Of a stretch of 64,000 nucleotides of DNA, positions 45,985 through 55,857 are shown piece after piece (the stretch's first letter is position 1; the number at the start of each line of letters is the position of its first letter). Source of the DNA: an uncultured SAR86 cluster bacterium (lineage in GTDB: Bacteria > Pseudomonadota > Gammaproteobacteria > Magnimaribacterales > AG-339-G14); assembly GCA_902627595.1 (NCBI GenBank), contig CACOJO010000003.1, positions 12,306-76,305 on the forward strand. Direction: 5' to 3'. Below the pieces are notes generated by a model that made no database searches, was not told where the DNA came from, and saw only the letters and a program-made list of their open reading frames with translations. A program made the position numbers and the translations under genes.

Positions 45985-46333
45985 GGTGGAGGCGGCGGGT
46001 ATCGAACCCGCGTCCATCAATCTATCCCTATCAGCTCTACATGCTTAGATTCATCTTTTAAGTTCCTTTTTAAATCTCCGATGAGCAGGATAAATAAAAA
46101 GTATTCTGTAAAAACTTATTAGAAAAATTACAGAAAAATTTTCCTAAGCAATCTATTATTCGACTTTCATTTACCCTAATAGATATCAGGTAAAGAAAGC
46201 TAACCGAATTATGCGGCTAGTGCGTAGTTTGCTTTATTGCCAACTAATTTTTTTGTAACTTTTTTTACGAGTTTGTTACCAGCTCGACATGCACTTTAAG
46301 TTCAAAAACAGATGTCTAATCCATTTCGCCCCC
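45984..46333 (-). ncRNA. ssrA: tmRNA (350 nt); tag reading frame 46241..46209 = GNKANYALAA*
   Basis: 5' GGGGGCG pairs with 3' CGCCTCC-ACCA including G3.U70; GGTTCGATACC T loop; tag ending YALAA-stop; adjacent to smpB. Confidence 0.96.
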
Positions 46334-46358
46334 TGAGTGGTTGTCTATTTTAATTAAT

Positions 46359-46835
46359 TTATGAAAAGTTTCTATTAAGTTTTGAGGTTTTGGCTTTTTC
46401 TTTTTTCCATTCCCTTTGCCTTATGCTCTCTCTTTTATCAAACTTTGATTTACCCTTTCCTAAACCTATTTTTATTTTTATCAAATTATCTTTCCAAAAA
46501 ATTTTTAAGGGTAAGCAAGTCAGGCCTTTTTCTTGAGTTCCTTTAAAAATTTTTGATAACTCAGATTTAGTCAAAAGTAACTTTCTCGTTCTTAATGGAT
46601 CTACTGAATGAGTCACTTGATTTGATGGAGAAATGGACATCCCTATAAGCCAAGCCTCTCCTTTTCTCATAACGATGTAGCTATCTTTAATATCTACTTT
46701 GGAAACTCTTATTGATTTTACTTCCCAGCCCAACAAAGAGATACCTGCTTCGAAATTCTCACCTAGTTCGTAATTAAATCTTGCTTGTCTATTTTCAATT
46801 ATAGGTTTGTTATTTATTTTCTTGTCTTGAACCAT
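46359..46835 (-). CDS. smpB: SsrA-binding protein
   Basis: NRQARFNY, EAGISLLGWEVKSIR, DPLRTRKLLL, GKGK..DKRE. Confidence 0.97.
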   Translation of the reverse strand: MVQDKKINNKPIIENRQARFNYELGENFEAGISLLGWEVKSIRVSKVDIKDSYIVMRKGEAWLIGMSISPSNQVTHSVDPLRTRKLLLTKSELSKIFKGTQEKGLTCLPLKIFWKDNLIKIKIGLGKGKSKFDKRESIRQREWKKEKAKTSKLNRNFS

Positions 46836-46877
46836 TCTTTTAGTATAACTTGTAATCAGATTATAAATTTTTTAGTA

Positions 46878-48215
46878 ATGGGTAACGAAAAGGTTTGGCA
46901 AGGTAACACGACTTTTATTCTTGCTGCTGCCGGTTCAGCAGTAGGGCTTGGAAACATATGGAAGTTTCCTTATATGGTAGGCTCTAATGGCGGGAGTGCC
47001 TTCGTAATTATCTACTTGATTTGTATTTTTGCCATTGGTCTTCCGGTTATGGTTTCAGAAGTTTTAATTGGAAAATATGGGAGAAAAAGCCCAATTAATT
47101 CGTTAAAAAACTTATCTAGCGAGTTTAATTTAAATGCTAATTGGAAATATTTAGGTATTTTAGGTGCTTTATCTGGAGTTTTAATACTCTCTTATTACAG
47201 TGTTTTTGCTGGAATGTCATTTTCTTATATTTTTAATATATTTCCATCAAATTTATCCGATCCATCTAATTATTCCTCAAATTACTTCAAAGAGTTTTCA
47301 TCTTCTCCTTTAAGTCTTATTTTTTGGCATTCTCTTTTTATAATTATTACTTGTTTTATTGTCGGTTTGGGAGTTGTAAAAGGAATTGGCAGGTCTGTTA
47401 ATTTGCTAATGCCTTTTCTTTTTATTTTTATAATTTTAGTTTCCATTTATTCCTCTTTTACTGGTGATATAAAAAGCACTTTAAAATTCTTATTTAGTCC
47501 AGACTTTTCAGCAATTAGTCCCCAAGTAGTAATTAGCGCAATGGGACAGGCTTTTTTCTCTCTTTCTATTGGAATGGGTGCAATTATGGCATATGGAGCT
47601 TATATGCCTGAAAAACAACTAATTGGTAAAACTGTAATTACCATCATTTTTTTAGATACTTTTGTTGCTTTAGCTGCTGGGATAGCTATTTTTCCTATAG
47701 TATTTAGCAATCCTTCCATAGAAGTTTCTGCAGGACCTGGTTTAATTTTTGAGACTTTACCAGTAGCTTTTTACTCATTACCATTTGGAAGTTTTTTTTC
47801 CATTATTTTTTTTATTCTTGTATCAATAGCAGCTTTAAGCTCAGCTATTTCACTTCTTGAGCCTTTTACGGCTTGGATGGAAGAAAAAGGATTTATCAAT
47901 AGAAAATTTATAGTTGTAATATTAGGAATATTAATTTGGTTTTTAGGTCTAGCGAGTATCTTTTCCTTTAATGTTTGGTCAGATATTAAGCTCTTCAATT
48001 TAAACTTTTTAGAACTGTTAGACTATTTGACGAACAATATTATGCTGCCACTGGGAGGATTTTTTGTTGCCTTGTTTGTAGGATGGATTTTACCAAACAA
48101 CTTAATTAACCAAAGTTTAGCTTTTGGAAAGTTTAGACTTAAGCTTTTTTATTTTTTTCTGAAATATATATCTACAAGTTCAATAATACTTATCTTTCTT
48201 TATTCAGCTTTTTAG
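46878..48215 (+). CDS. Sodium-dependent transporter, neurotransmitter:sodium symporter (NSS/SNF) family
   Basis: AAGSAVGLGNIWKFPY, GQAFFSLSIG, GPGLIF; start at MGNEKVW (46878) avoids overlap with smpB. Confidence 0.93.
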   Translation: MGNEKVWQGNTTFILAAAGSAVGLGNIWKFPYMVGSNGGSAFVIIYLICIFAIGLPVMVSEVLIGKYGRKSPINSLKNLSSEFNLNANWKYLGILGALSGVLILSYYSVFAGMSFSYIFNIFPSNLSDPSNYSSNYFKEFSSSPLSLIFWHSLFIIITCFIVGLGVVKGIGRSVNLLMPFLFIFIILVSIYSSFTGDIKSTLKFLFSPDFSAISPQVVISAMGQAFFSLSIGMGAIMAYGAYMPEKQLIGKTVITIIFLDTFVALAAGIAIFPIVFSNPSIEVSAGPGLIFETLPVAFYSLPFGSFFSIIFFILVSIAALSSAISLLEPFTAWMEEKGFINRKFIVVILGILIWFLGLASIFSFNVWSDIKLFNLNFLELLDYLTNNIMLPLGGFFVALFVGWILPNNLINQSLAFGKFRLKLFYFFLKYISTSSIILIFLYSAF

Positions 48216-48573
48216 CTTCTTCTTCTATTTCATCATTTGAAGATGTATTTAATTTTCTCTCCCATGATTTAAGTTTGTTATCTTCAAATAATAAAGAATG
48301 ATGAACTTCTCTTAAGACTTCGTTTCCAATAATTTCAAATCCTATGTAGTCCCATTGATTTGCGTTAAAAGGGTCTCTAATGGATGGAGTTCCCATAATA
48401 TATTGCACTTGAGTTTTAGTTAAACCTGTTTCCAACTTTGAAAGCATACTTAAACTGATTATATTCCCCTGAGCAACAGGAACTTGATAAAAATCACTTG
48501 CACAAGAATATGTGAAAAAAAGAGATATAATAAGAGAGATTTTGAAAAATTTCACGACAGAATTTAAACACAT
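48190..48573 (-). CDS. bamE: Outer membrane assembly lipoprotein BamE (OmlA/SmpA)
   Basis: Signal peptide with Cys (FFTYSC), QGN, GLTKTQVQYIMGTP, WDY; divergent from fur. True start may be GTG at 48555. Confidence 0.9.
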   Translation of the reverse strand: MCLNSVVKFFKISLIISLFFTYSCASDFYQVPVAQGNIISLSMLSKLETGLTKTQVQYIMGTPSIRDPFNANQWDYIGFEIIGNEVLREVHHSLLFEDNKLKSWERKLNTSSNDEIEEEAKKLNKER

Positions 48574-48581
48574 ATTTAATT

Positions 48582-48989
48582 ATGAGCGAAGATAAAAATT
48601 TACGAAAAGCTGGACTTAAAGTAACTTTACCAAGAGTAAGAATTTTAGAAATTTTTGAAAACTCTGAAGAAAAGCATCTAAGTGCTGAAGATATTTATAA
48701 TAAAATTAGAGAAGCTGGAGATGAGGTAGGGCTAGCCACAGTATACAGAGTGCTAACTCAATTTGAGTCTGCTGGAATTTTGATGAAACAAAATTTTGAA
48801 GATAATTACTCAGTTTATGAACTTGTTTCTGATGATCATCATGATCACATGGTCTGTATTGACTCTGGAATGGTTATTGAATTCAAAAATGATCTAATTG
48901 AGGAAGAACAGGAAAAAATTGCTAAAGATCATGGATATGAAATTGTAGATCATAAATTGGTTCTTTATGTAAAGCCATTAAATGACTAA
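48582..48989 (+). CDS. fur: Ferric uptake regulator
   Basis: GLKVTLPR, HLSAED, GLATVYRVLTQF, HHDHMVC. Confidence 0.97.
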   Translation: MSEDKNLRKAGLKVTLPRVRILEIFENSEEKHLSAEDIYNKIREAGDEVGLATVYRVLTQFESAGILMKQNFEDNYSVYELVSDDHHDHMVCIDSGMVIEFKNDLIEEEQEKIAKDHGYEIVDHKLVLYVKPLND

Positions 48990-49509
48990 AAATACTGATA
49001 AAGAAAAAAAATCATCTGAAGAAACCAATGGCTCAAACGGCGCTGAGAAGGATTTGTCGGATGAGAGAGGTGAAGAAAATAAGGTTTTATCAGAATTAGT
49101 TAAATCTCTAGAAGAAAAGGTTCTTAGATCTCAGGCAGACGTCGAAAATATAAGAAAATCATCTCAAAAAGAAATTTTAAAAGCTAGGCTTTTTTCGGCG
49201 GAGTCAATCACGAGAGAGCTCCTTACACCGATTGATAATTTACAAAGAGCTTTGGATCATTCAAAAGACGAAATACCCACAAGCTTAGTTGAGCTCGTTT
49301 TAAAAGAAATCGCACAAGCGCTTTTAAAAAATAACGTTGAAGAAATAAACCCTTTGGGAGAAAAATTTAACCCAAATTTTCATGAAGCCTTGTCTGTTCA
49401 AGAAGAAAAAAAGAAAGAACCCGATGAAATCCTAGAAGTAGTTCAAAAAGGTTATAAAATTCAAGATAGAATTATCAGACCAGCTCTAGTGATTGTTAAT
49501 AAAATTTAG
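48982..49509 (+). CDS. grpE: Nucleotide exchange factor GrpE
   Basis: ADVENIRK, DNLQRAL, FNPNFHEA, VQKGY..DRIIRPALV. Confidence 0.95.
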   Translation: MTKNTDKEKKSSEETNGSNGAEKDLSDERGEENKVLSELVKSLEEKVLRSQADVENIRKSSQKEILKARLFSAESITRELLTPIDNLQRALDHSKDEIPTSLVELVLKEIAQALLKNNVEEINPLGEKFNPNFHEALSVQEEKKKEPDEILEVVQKGYKIQDRIIRPALVIVNKI

Positions 49510-49517
49510 TTTTTTTA

Positions 49518-49543
49518 CTTGTTTTTTTTAGATTAGCCCATAT
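49518..49543 (+). promoter_or_regulatory. Putative sigma32 (heat-shock) promoter of dnaK
   Basis: CTTGTT...GCCCATAT resembles the CTTGAA...CCCCATnT consensus, just upstream of dnaK. Confidence 0.5.
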
Positions 49544-49575
49544 CTAAATACTTAGAAAATGATGAGGAGCTATAT

Positions 49576-51504
49576 ATGTCTAAAATAATCGGTATTGATT
49601 TAGGAACTACTAATTCTTGTGTAGCTGTACTTGAAAGCGGTCAGCCTAAAATTATAGAAAATTCTGAAGGAGATAGAACAACCCCCTCAGTAGTTGCTTA
49701 CACAGATAATGAAACTATCGCAGGACAAAGTGCTAAGCGTCAAGCGGTTACCAATCCTGAGAATACCCTATATGCCATAAAAAGATTAATCGGAAGAAAG
49801 TTTGATGGTGAGATAAAAAAAGAAGCAGAGTCTGCTCCTTTCAAAATTATAAAGGCTGATAATGGGGATGCCTGGGTAGAAGTGAAAGGGGAGAAATTAG
49901 CACCACAACAAATCTCAGCTCAGGTTTTAACAAAAATGAAAAAATCAGCAGAAGATTATTTAGGACACGAAATAAAAGAAGCTGTAATCACTGTTCCTGC
50001 TTACTTTAACGACTCTCAAAGACAAGCAACTAAAGATGCAGGAAAGATAGCAGGTTTAGAGGTTAAGCGTATTATCAATGAGCCAACCGCAGCAGCTCTT
50101 GCATTTGGTATGGATAAGAAAACTGGAGATCAAAAAGTTGCTGTATACGATTTAGGTGGTGGAACATTCGACATTTCCATAATTGAACTAGCTGAAATCG
50201 ATGGAGAAAAACAGTTTGAAGTTCTCTCTACTAACGGAGATACTTCTTTAGGTGGTGAAGATTTTGATAATGTTTTAATTGATCATCTTGTTGACGAGTT
50301 TAAAAAAGAACAAAATTTTGACTTAACACAAGACTCTTCTGCTATGCAGAGGCTCAAAGAGGCAGCTGAAAAGGCAAAAATAGAACTATCTTCCAATCAA
50401 CAGACTGAAATAAATCTTCCTTACATTACGGCAGACTCTTCTGGCCCAAAACATTTGTTACTAAAGTTAACAAGAGCTAAGTTGGAGTCTTTAGTTGGCG
50501 ATCTTGTTTCAAAGACTTTAAAACCAGTTGAGATTGCATTAAAAGATGCCAAGGTTTCAACTTCAGAAATTAGCGATGTTATTTTAGTTGGAGGCCAAAC
50601 AAGAATGCCTTTAGTTCAAGACAAGGTGAAAGAATTCTTTGGGAAAGAACCAAGAAAAGATATCAATCCCGATGAAGCTGTAGCAGCTGGGGCCGCGATA
50701 CAAGGTGCAGTTTTAGCAGGCGATGTAACTGATATTTTACTATTGGACGTTACACCATTGACATTAGGGATTGAAACTATGGGAGGGGTTATGACTCCTT
50801 TAATTGAAAAAAATACTACAATTCCTACTAATAAATCTCAAATTTTTTCCACTGCGGAAGATAACCAAACAGCTGTTACAGTTAATGTGGTTCAAGGAGA
50901 AAGAAAACAGGCTAAAGACAATAAACAATTAGGTCTATTTAACTTAGATGGAATTCCTGCTGCTCCAAGAGGAATGCCACAGATTGAAGTATCTTTTGAT
51001 ATCGACGCAAATGGAATCCTGAATGTATCTGCAAAGGATAAAGCAACCAATAAAGAACAATCAATAACGATACAAGCTTCTAGCGGGTTATCAGAAGAGG
51101 AAATTGAAAAAATGGTTCAAGATGCAGAGTCAAATGCAGAAGAAGACAAGAAGTTTGAAGAATTAGTTCAAGCAAGAAATGCAGCTGATACTCTCATTCA
51201 TGGTTGTAAAAAAACCTTGGATGAGTCCGCCGAAAAAGTTGAAGCTGCTGAAAAAGAAAATATAGAAAAAGCTATTCTGGATCTTGAAGAAGTCTTAAAA
51301 GGAGAAGATAAAGATGAAATAGAAGAGAAGACAAAATCTCTTGCAGATGCATCTTCTTCTCTAGCTCAAAGGCTCTATGCTGAACAACAACAAGATGCCC
51401 AAGCTAATACAGCAAATCAGGATAATTCAAATCCTGATGACTCAAACTCTAACGAAGAGGTTGTTGATGCTGATTTTGAAGAAGTGAAAGAAGAGAAAAA
51501 CTAA
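49576..51504 (+). CDS. dnaK: Chaperone DnaK
   Basis: [34 protein letters not shown]. Confidence 0.99.
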   Translation: MSKIIGIDLGTTNSCVAVLESGQPKIIENSEGDRTTPSVVAYTDNETIAGQSAKRQAVTNPENTLYAIKRLIGRKFDGEIKKEAESAPFKIIKADNGDAWVEVKGEKLAPQQISAQVLTKMKKSAEDYLGHEIKEAVITVPAYFNDSQRQATKDAGKIAGLEVKRIINEPTAAALAFGMDKKTGDQKVAVYDLGGGTFDISIIELAEIDGEKQFEVLSTNGDTSLGGEDFDNVLIDHLVDEFKKEQNFDLTQDSSAMQRLKEAAEKAKIELSSNQQTEINLPYITADSSGPKHLLLKLTRAKLESLVGDLVSKTLKPVEIALKDAKVSTSEISDVILVGGQTRMPLVQDKVKEFFGKEPRKDINPDEAVAAGAAIQGAVLAGDVTDILLLDVTPLTLGIETMGGVMTPLIEKNTTIPTNKSQIFSTAEDNQTAVTVNVVQGERKQAKDNKQLGLFNLDGIPAAPRGMPQIEVSFDIDANGILNVSAKDKATNKEQSITIQASSGLSEEEIEKMVQDAESNAEEDKKFEELVQARNAADTLIHGCKKTLDESAEKVEAAEKENIEKAILDLEEVLKGEDKDEIEEKTKSLADASSSLAQRLYAEQQQDAQANTANQDNSNPDDSNSNEEVVDADFEEVKEEKN

Positions 51505-51522
51505 TTCTCCCAACCAAACATC

Positions 51523-52599
51523 ATGAGTAAGAAAGACTATTATGATGTTTTGGGCGTAAGCAAAAGCGCGTCTAAAGACGAGCTAAAAAAAGCTTACCGA
51601 AAGCTAGCCATGAAATATCATCCGGATAGAAATCCAGATGATGAAAAAGCTTCTGAAAAGTTTAAAGAGCTATCAGAGGCATATGAAATCCTTTCAGACG
51701 ATCAAAAGCGCCAAACTTATGATAATTTTGGCCACGATGGAGTAAATTCTTCTTTCTCAAGCTCACAAGGAGCTGCTGATGCATTCAGTGACATTTTTGG
51801 TGACATTTTTTCAGATATATTTGGTGGAGGTTCTGGATCAAGAGCATCATCAAGAGGCGCTGATTTAAGTTATAACTTAGAGATTAATCTCGAAGAAGCA
51901 GTTTTTGGAAAATCACTAAATATTGAAATCCCTTCAAATGAGAGATGTAACGGTTTATGGAATAGGTGTTCTTACTGCGGAGGTGCCGGAGTAATAAGAC
52001 AACAACAAGGTTTTTTTTCAATGCAACAAACCTGTCCTCATTGCAGAGGCGAAGGCGAAGTTCATGATTCAAATTGCTCTATTTGTAATGGAGTAGGATA
52101 TACAAATAAAAATAAAAAGCTTTCCGTGAAAATTCCTGCAGGAGTAGATGATGGGGACAGAATTAGATTGTCTGGAGAAGGAGAACATGGAAGAGGCGGC
52201 AATCGAGGAGATCTTTATATTTCCATTAATGTAAAAAAGCACTCAATCTTTGAAAGAGATGGAAGACATCTATATTGTGAAGTTCCTCTGAATTTTGTAG
52301 ACGCTGCATTAGGAGGTTCAATAGAAGTTCCCACGTTAGTTGGAAAAGCAAAAATCAAAATTCCTTCTGGAACTCAAAGTCATAAAATATTTAGACTTAA
52401 TGGAAAGGGTATCAAACCTTTAAGAGGTGGCAGAGTAGGAGACATCCTGGTTAGAGTAATTGTTGAGGTTCCAGTAAACTTAAACTCAAAACAGAAAGAT
52501 TTATTGAACGATTTCAAAGCGAATATGTCTCATGAAGATAACTCACCTTTAATGAGTTCATGGTTAAATTCAGCAAAAGATTTTTTTAAAAACTTATGA
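51523..52599 (+). CDS. dnaJ: Chaperone DnaJ (first Zn-finger repeat degenerate)
   Basis: J domain with HPD, DIF repeats, three intact CxxCxGxG motifs, C-terminal domain. Confidence 0.97.
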   Translation: MSKKDYYDVLGVSKSASKDELKKAYRKLAMKYHPDRNPDDEKASEKFKELSEAYEILSDDQKRQTYDNFGHDGVNSSFSSSQGAADAFSDIFGDIFSDIFGGGSGSRASSRGADLSYNLEINLEEAVFGKSLNIEIPSNERCNGLWNRCSYCGGAGVIRQQQGFFSMQQTCPHCRGEGEVHDSNCSICNGVGYTNKNKKLSVKIPAGVDDGDRIRLSGEGEHGRGGNRGDLYISINVKKHSIFERDGRHLYCEVPLNFVDAALGGSIEVPTLVGKAKIKIPSGTQSHKIFRLNGKGIKPLRGGRVGDILVRVIVEVPVNLNSKQKDLLNDFKANMSHEDNSPLMSSWLNSAKDFFKNL

Positions 52600-53402
52600 C
52601 AACAGAAATACCTTCTGAGCTTCGAACAAAGTTCATTTTAGTAGGAGCAACTGGAAAGCTAGGTAGATCGATTTCATCTAATAATGCCGGAGTTACTTAT
52701 GGTATATGTTCAAAAGATAATCCTCTTTTGGGAGAGGTTATAGGAGGCATACAAGAACCTTTAATCTCTTCATTATCAGGAGTAAGTCTTAAGATTGCTA
52801 ATAATCCTTTGGTAATTGATGCGTCATATCCTGAAAATTTTGATGACGTTTATGATTTTTGTTACAAAAATAAAATTCCCTTAGTGCTTGCCTCTACAGG
52901 TCATACCAAACAACAACTCATTCAATTAGATAAATTGGCAAAGAAAGTCGCTGTTTTAAAAGTACCTAACTTAAGTGAAGGGATTGCATTCTTTAAAACC
53001 CGTATCCTTCAACCCATAATTCGTGATATTAATTTCAAGACAAACAAAATATTTATGAATAGCGATACTGTTGAGCATGATATCTCGGATGTAAAAATTA
53101 AAATTATTGAAACACACCACGATAAAAAGAAAGATGCCCCTTCGGGAACAGCTATTGATTTGAAAGAGTATATTTTAAAAGGTCTGGAACATATGGACTC
53201 AGAAATAGAAATCAAATCTATCCGAGATAAGTCATCTATAGGAAAACATGAAGTTATTTTTAGATTTAAAAATGAAGAGTTTTCTGTGTCTCATAATGCC
53301 TTAAGTAGAGAAATTTTCGGTCAAGGCATTTCGCTTGCTGAGCGTATTATGGATAAAAAACCAGGTATTTACTCCATGACAAGCTTGCTAGAAGATTTTT
53401 AG
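52596..53402 (+). CDS. dapB: 4-hydroxy-tetrahydrodipicolinate reductase (divergent)
   Basis: [34 protein letters not shown]; follows dnaJ. Confidence 0.88.
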   Translation: MTTEIPSELRTKFILVGATGKLGRSISSNNAGVTYGICSKDNPLLGEVIGGIQEPLISSLSGVSLKIANNPLVIDASYPENFDDVYDFCYKNKIPLVLASTGHTKQQLIQLDKLAKKVAVLKVPNLSEGIAFFKTRILQPIIRDINFKTNKIFMNSDTVEHDISDVKIKIIETHHDKKKDAPSGTAIDLKEYILKGLEHMDSEIEIKSIRDKSSIGKHEVIFRFKNEEFSVSHNALSREIFGQGISLAERIMDKKPGIYSMTSLLEDF

Positions 53403-53464
53403 AGCTAGCTCTTTATTCTTATATCTCAATATGTTCTAATTCGCTTTCTGTTTTATAACAGAAT

Positions 53465-53561
53465 AAATACGCACTCGATTGGATAGAGTATTAGGGTGCT
53501 GATATTGCTCAATATCAGTTTAATGCTTAGCCACGAGGAGGAATAACCCAGCCTTCGGGCT
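53465..53561 (+). promoter_or_regulatory. rpsB leader (t44 / S2 autoregulatory RNA)
   Basis: GGGTGC, CTGATATT/AATATCAG hairpin, GGAGGAATAACCC and AGCC-TTCG-GGCT hairpin upstream of rpsB. Confidence 0.7.
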
Positions 53562-53580
53562 AATAAAAAAGGAGCAATAA

Positions 53581-54390
53581 ATGGAAGTATCCATTGAACA
53601 AATGTTAAAGGCCGGTGTTCACTTTGGCCATCAAACAAGATTTTGGAATCCCAAAATGGAGCCATTCATTTTCGGTGATAGAAACAAAGTACACATTATC
53701 AACTTGGAAAAGACCTTAGAGTGTTTAGAGCCAGCAGTTGATTTTTGTAAAAAACTTTCAGCCTCAAATAATAGAATTTTGTTTGTCGGTACAAAAAGAG
53801 CAGCAAGAAGAGTAATTAAGGAAGAAGCAGAAAGATGCAATATGCCATTTATAAACTATAGATGGTTAGGAGGCATGTTAACTAATTACAAAACTGTAAG
53901 GTCTTCTATAAGAAGGTTAGAAATCTTAAATACTCAAGAGGAAGAAGGAAAATTTGAAGAGCTAACAAAAAAGGAAGTACTAGGAATAAAAAGAGAAATG
54001 GAAAAACTCGACCGTTCTATTGGAGGCATTAAAAATATTGGAGGTTTGCCAGAGGCACTTTTTGTTGTTGATGTAGAAAATGAAAAAATAGCTATTGCAG
54101 AAGCAAAAAAAATGGGTATTCCTATAATTGGGATTGTAGATACAAATTCCAATCCAGATAATATTGATTACATCATTCCAGGAAATGATGATGCTATTAG
54201 ATCAATATCTCTTATATCCAGAATAATTTCTAATGCTTGTTTAGAAGGGGCAGAAATATCAGGCGTAACAAGAGCTACAAAAGATGGACCTGTGGTCGTA
54301 AAAAAGACTTCATCAGCTGAAGAAAATACATCTGAAACTAAAAAAGATGAATTATCCGAGTCAAATGAACAATCTGAAGAGGAAAAATAG
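53581..54390 (+). CDS. rpsB: 30S ribosomal protein S2
   Basis: [26 protein letters not shown]. Confidence 0.99.
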   Translation: MEVSIEQMLKAGVHFGHQTRFWNPKMEPFIFGDRNKVHIINLEKTLECLEPAVDFCKKLSASNNRILFVGTKRAARRVIKEEAERCNMPFINYRWLGGMLTNYKTVRSSIRRLEILNTQEEEGKFEELTKKEVLGIKREMEKLDRSIGGIKNIGGLPEALFVVDVENEKIAIAEAKKMGIPIIGIVDTNSNPDNIDYIIPGNDDAIRSISLISRIISNACLEGAEISGVTRATKDGPVVVKKTSSAEENTSETKKDELSESNEQSEEEK

Positions 54391-55245
54391 ATGACAATAA
54401 AAGCAACAGACGTAAAAAATTTAAGAGAAAAGACCGGACTTGGAATGATGGAGTGCAAGAAAGCTCTCGAAGAAGCAAATGGTGATATAGAAGAAGCTAT
54501 TACTAATCTCAGAAAAAATAGTGCTTTGAAAGCTGAAAAGAAATCATCAAGAACAGCTGTAGAAGGAATAATTTCAGCTCGAAAATCTGAAAAAGGGATA
54601 ATTTTTACAGAAGTAAATTGTGAAACAGATTTTGTCGCAAAAGATGAAAATTTTTTAGATTTTTGTCAAAACTCTTTGGATTATGCATCTGAAAATTCTA
54701 CAAAAGAAAATCTTTTAGATTTAGTTTCTAAAGGAATGGAAGAACAAAGAATGTCATTGGTCCAAAAAATAGGTGAAAATATAATAGTTAGGAATGTAAA
54801 GGAAATCAGTGGAGAAATAGCAGATTTTTATATTCACTCTAATAAAAAAATAGCTGCTGGAGTTTCTTTAATAAATGGCGATGAAAGCCTTGCAAAAGAT
54901 ATAGCAATGCACATTGCAGCTACTAATCCTTTAGTTTTGTCACCTGAAGATCTTGATAAAGATTACGTCAGCAAAGAGCGTGAGATTTTTATGTCTCAAG
55001 TAGAAGGAGAAGATAAGCCTCAAGAAATTATTGAAAAAATGGTAGAAGGAAAACTGAAAAAGCAACTCTCTGATGTAAGTTTATTAAAACAACCTTTTGT
55101 AAAAGATCCTTCTAAAACAATTGAGACTCTTTTGTTAGAGTCTGGCTCTGAGATAGAAAAGTTTGTGAGATTAGAAGTAGGCGAGGGAATAGAAGTTGAA
55201 AAAAAGGATTTTGCAGAGGAAGTAAAATCCCAATTAAAAGGCTAA
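54391..55245 (+). CDS. tsf: Elongation factor Ts
   Basis: LREKTGLGMMECKKAL, EVNCETDFVA, DIAMHIAA. Confidence 0.98.
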   Translation: MTIKATDVKNLREKTGLGMMECKKALEEANGDIEEAITNLRKNSALKAEKKSSRTAVEGIISARKSEKGIIFTEVNCETDFVAKDENFLDFCQNSLDYASENSTKENLLDLVSKGMEEQRMSLVQKIGENIIVRNVKEISGEIADFYIHSNKKIAAGVSLINGDESLAKDIAMHIAATNPLVLSPEDLDKDYVSKEREIFMSQVEGEDKPQEIIEKMVEGKLKKQLSDVSLLKQPFVKDPSKTIETLLLESGSEIEKFVRLEVGEGIEVEKKDFAEEVKSQLKG

Positions 55246-55297
55246 AAAATGCCAAGGCCATTAATGGATAAGAAATTGGTTTCTTGGCGCATAATTG

Positions 55298-55855
55298 ATG
55301 ATTACTGAAACAGAACAAGAAACCAAAGAACAGATGCACAAGACCATCTCTTCTTTAGAGACTAAGTTTCAAAGAATAAGAACAGGCAGAGCAAACCCAG
55401 CATTGCTTGACTCGGTTGAAGTAGATTATTACGGATCAAATACACCAATTAGTCAAATGAGCAATATAGCGGTTGAGGATGCTAAAACTTTATCTATTGT
55501 TCCATGGGAAAAAGACCAGGTTCAAAATATTGAAAAAGCTATTCAATCCTCTGATATTGGACTCCAACCAGCAACCTCGGGAGACGTCATCAGAGTAATT
55601 ATTCCTGAACTAACTGAAGAAACTAGAAGAGATTTGATTAAAGTTGCAAAATCAGAGGCTGAAAACTCTAAGGTAGCTATCAGAAATCAAAGAAGAGATG
55701 CTAACGCTTTACTTAAGGAGTTTTGTAATGAAAAAGAAATATCTCAAGATGAACTCAGACGGGGAGAGGACTTGATACAAAAACTTACAGACAATTTTAT
55801 TGAAAAGATTGATGATCTTTTAGAAAAGAAAGAGAAAGATCTTTTAGAAATTTAA
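55298..55855 (+). CDS. frr: Ribosome recycling factor
   Basis: IRTGRANP, LTEETR, VAIRNQRRDAN. Confidence 0.98.
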   Translation: MITETEQETKEQMHKTISSLETKFQRIRTGRANPALLDSVEVDYYGSNTPISQMSNIAVEDAKTLSIVPWEKDQVQNIEKAIQSSDIGLQPATSGDVIRVIIPELTEETRRDLIKVAKSEAENSKVAIRNQRRDANALLKEFCNEKEISQDELRRGEDLIQKLTDNFIEKIDDLLEKKEKDLLEI

Positions 55856-55857
55856 AA

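Noticed and set aside
46785..46877. N-terminal extension of the NSS transporter overlapping smpB (likewise the lpxC, rplO and fabB extensions)
   Set aside because: Artefacts of longest-ORF calling; family similarity begins at downstream start codons.
51785..51825. Near-tandem repeat GACATTTTT
   Set aside because: Encodes the DIF motifs of the DnaJ G/F-rich region.
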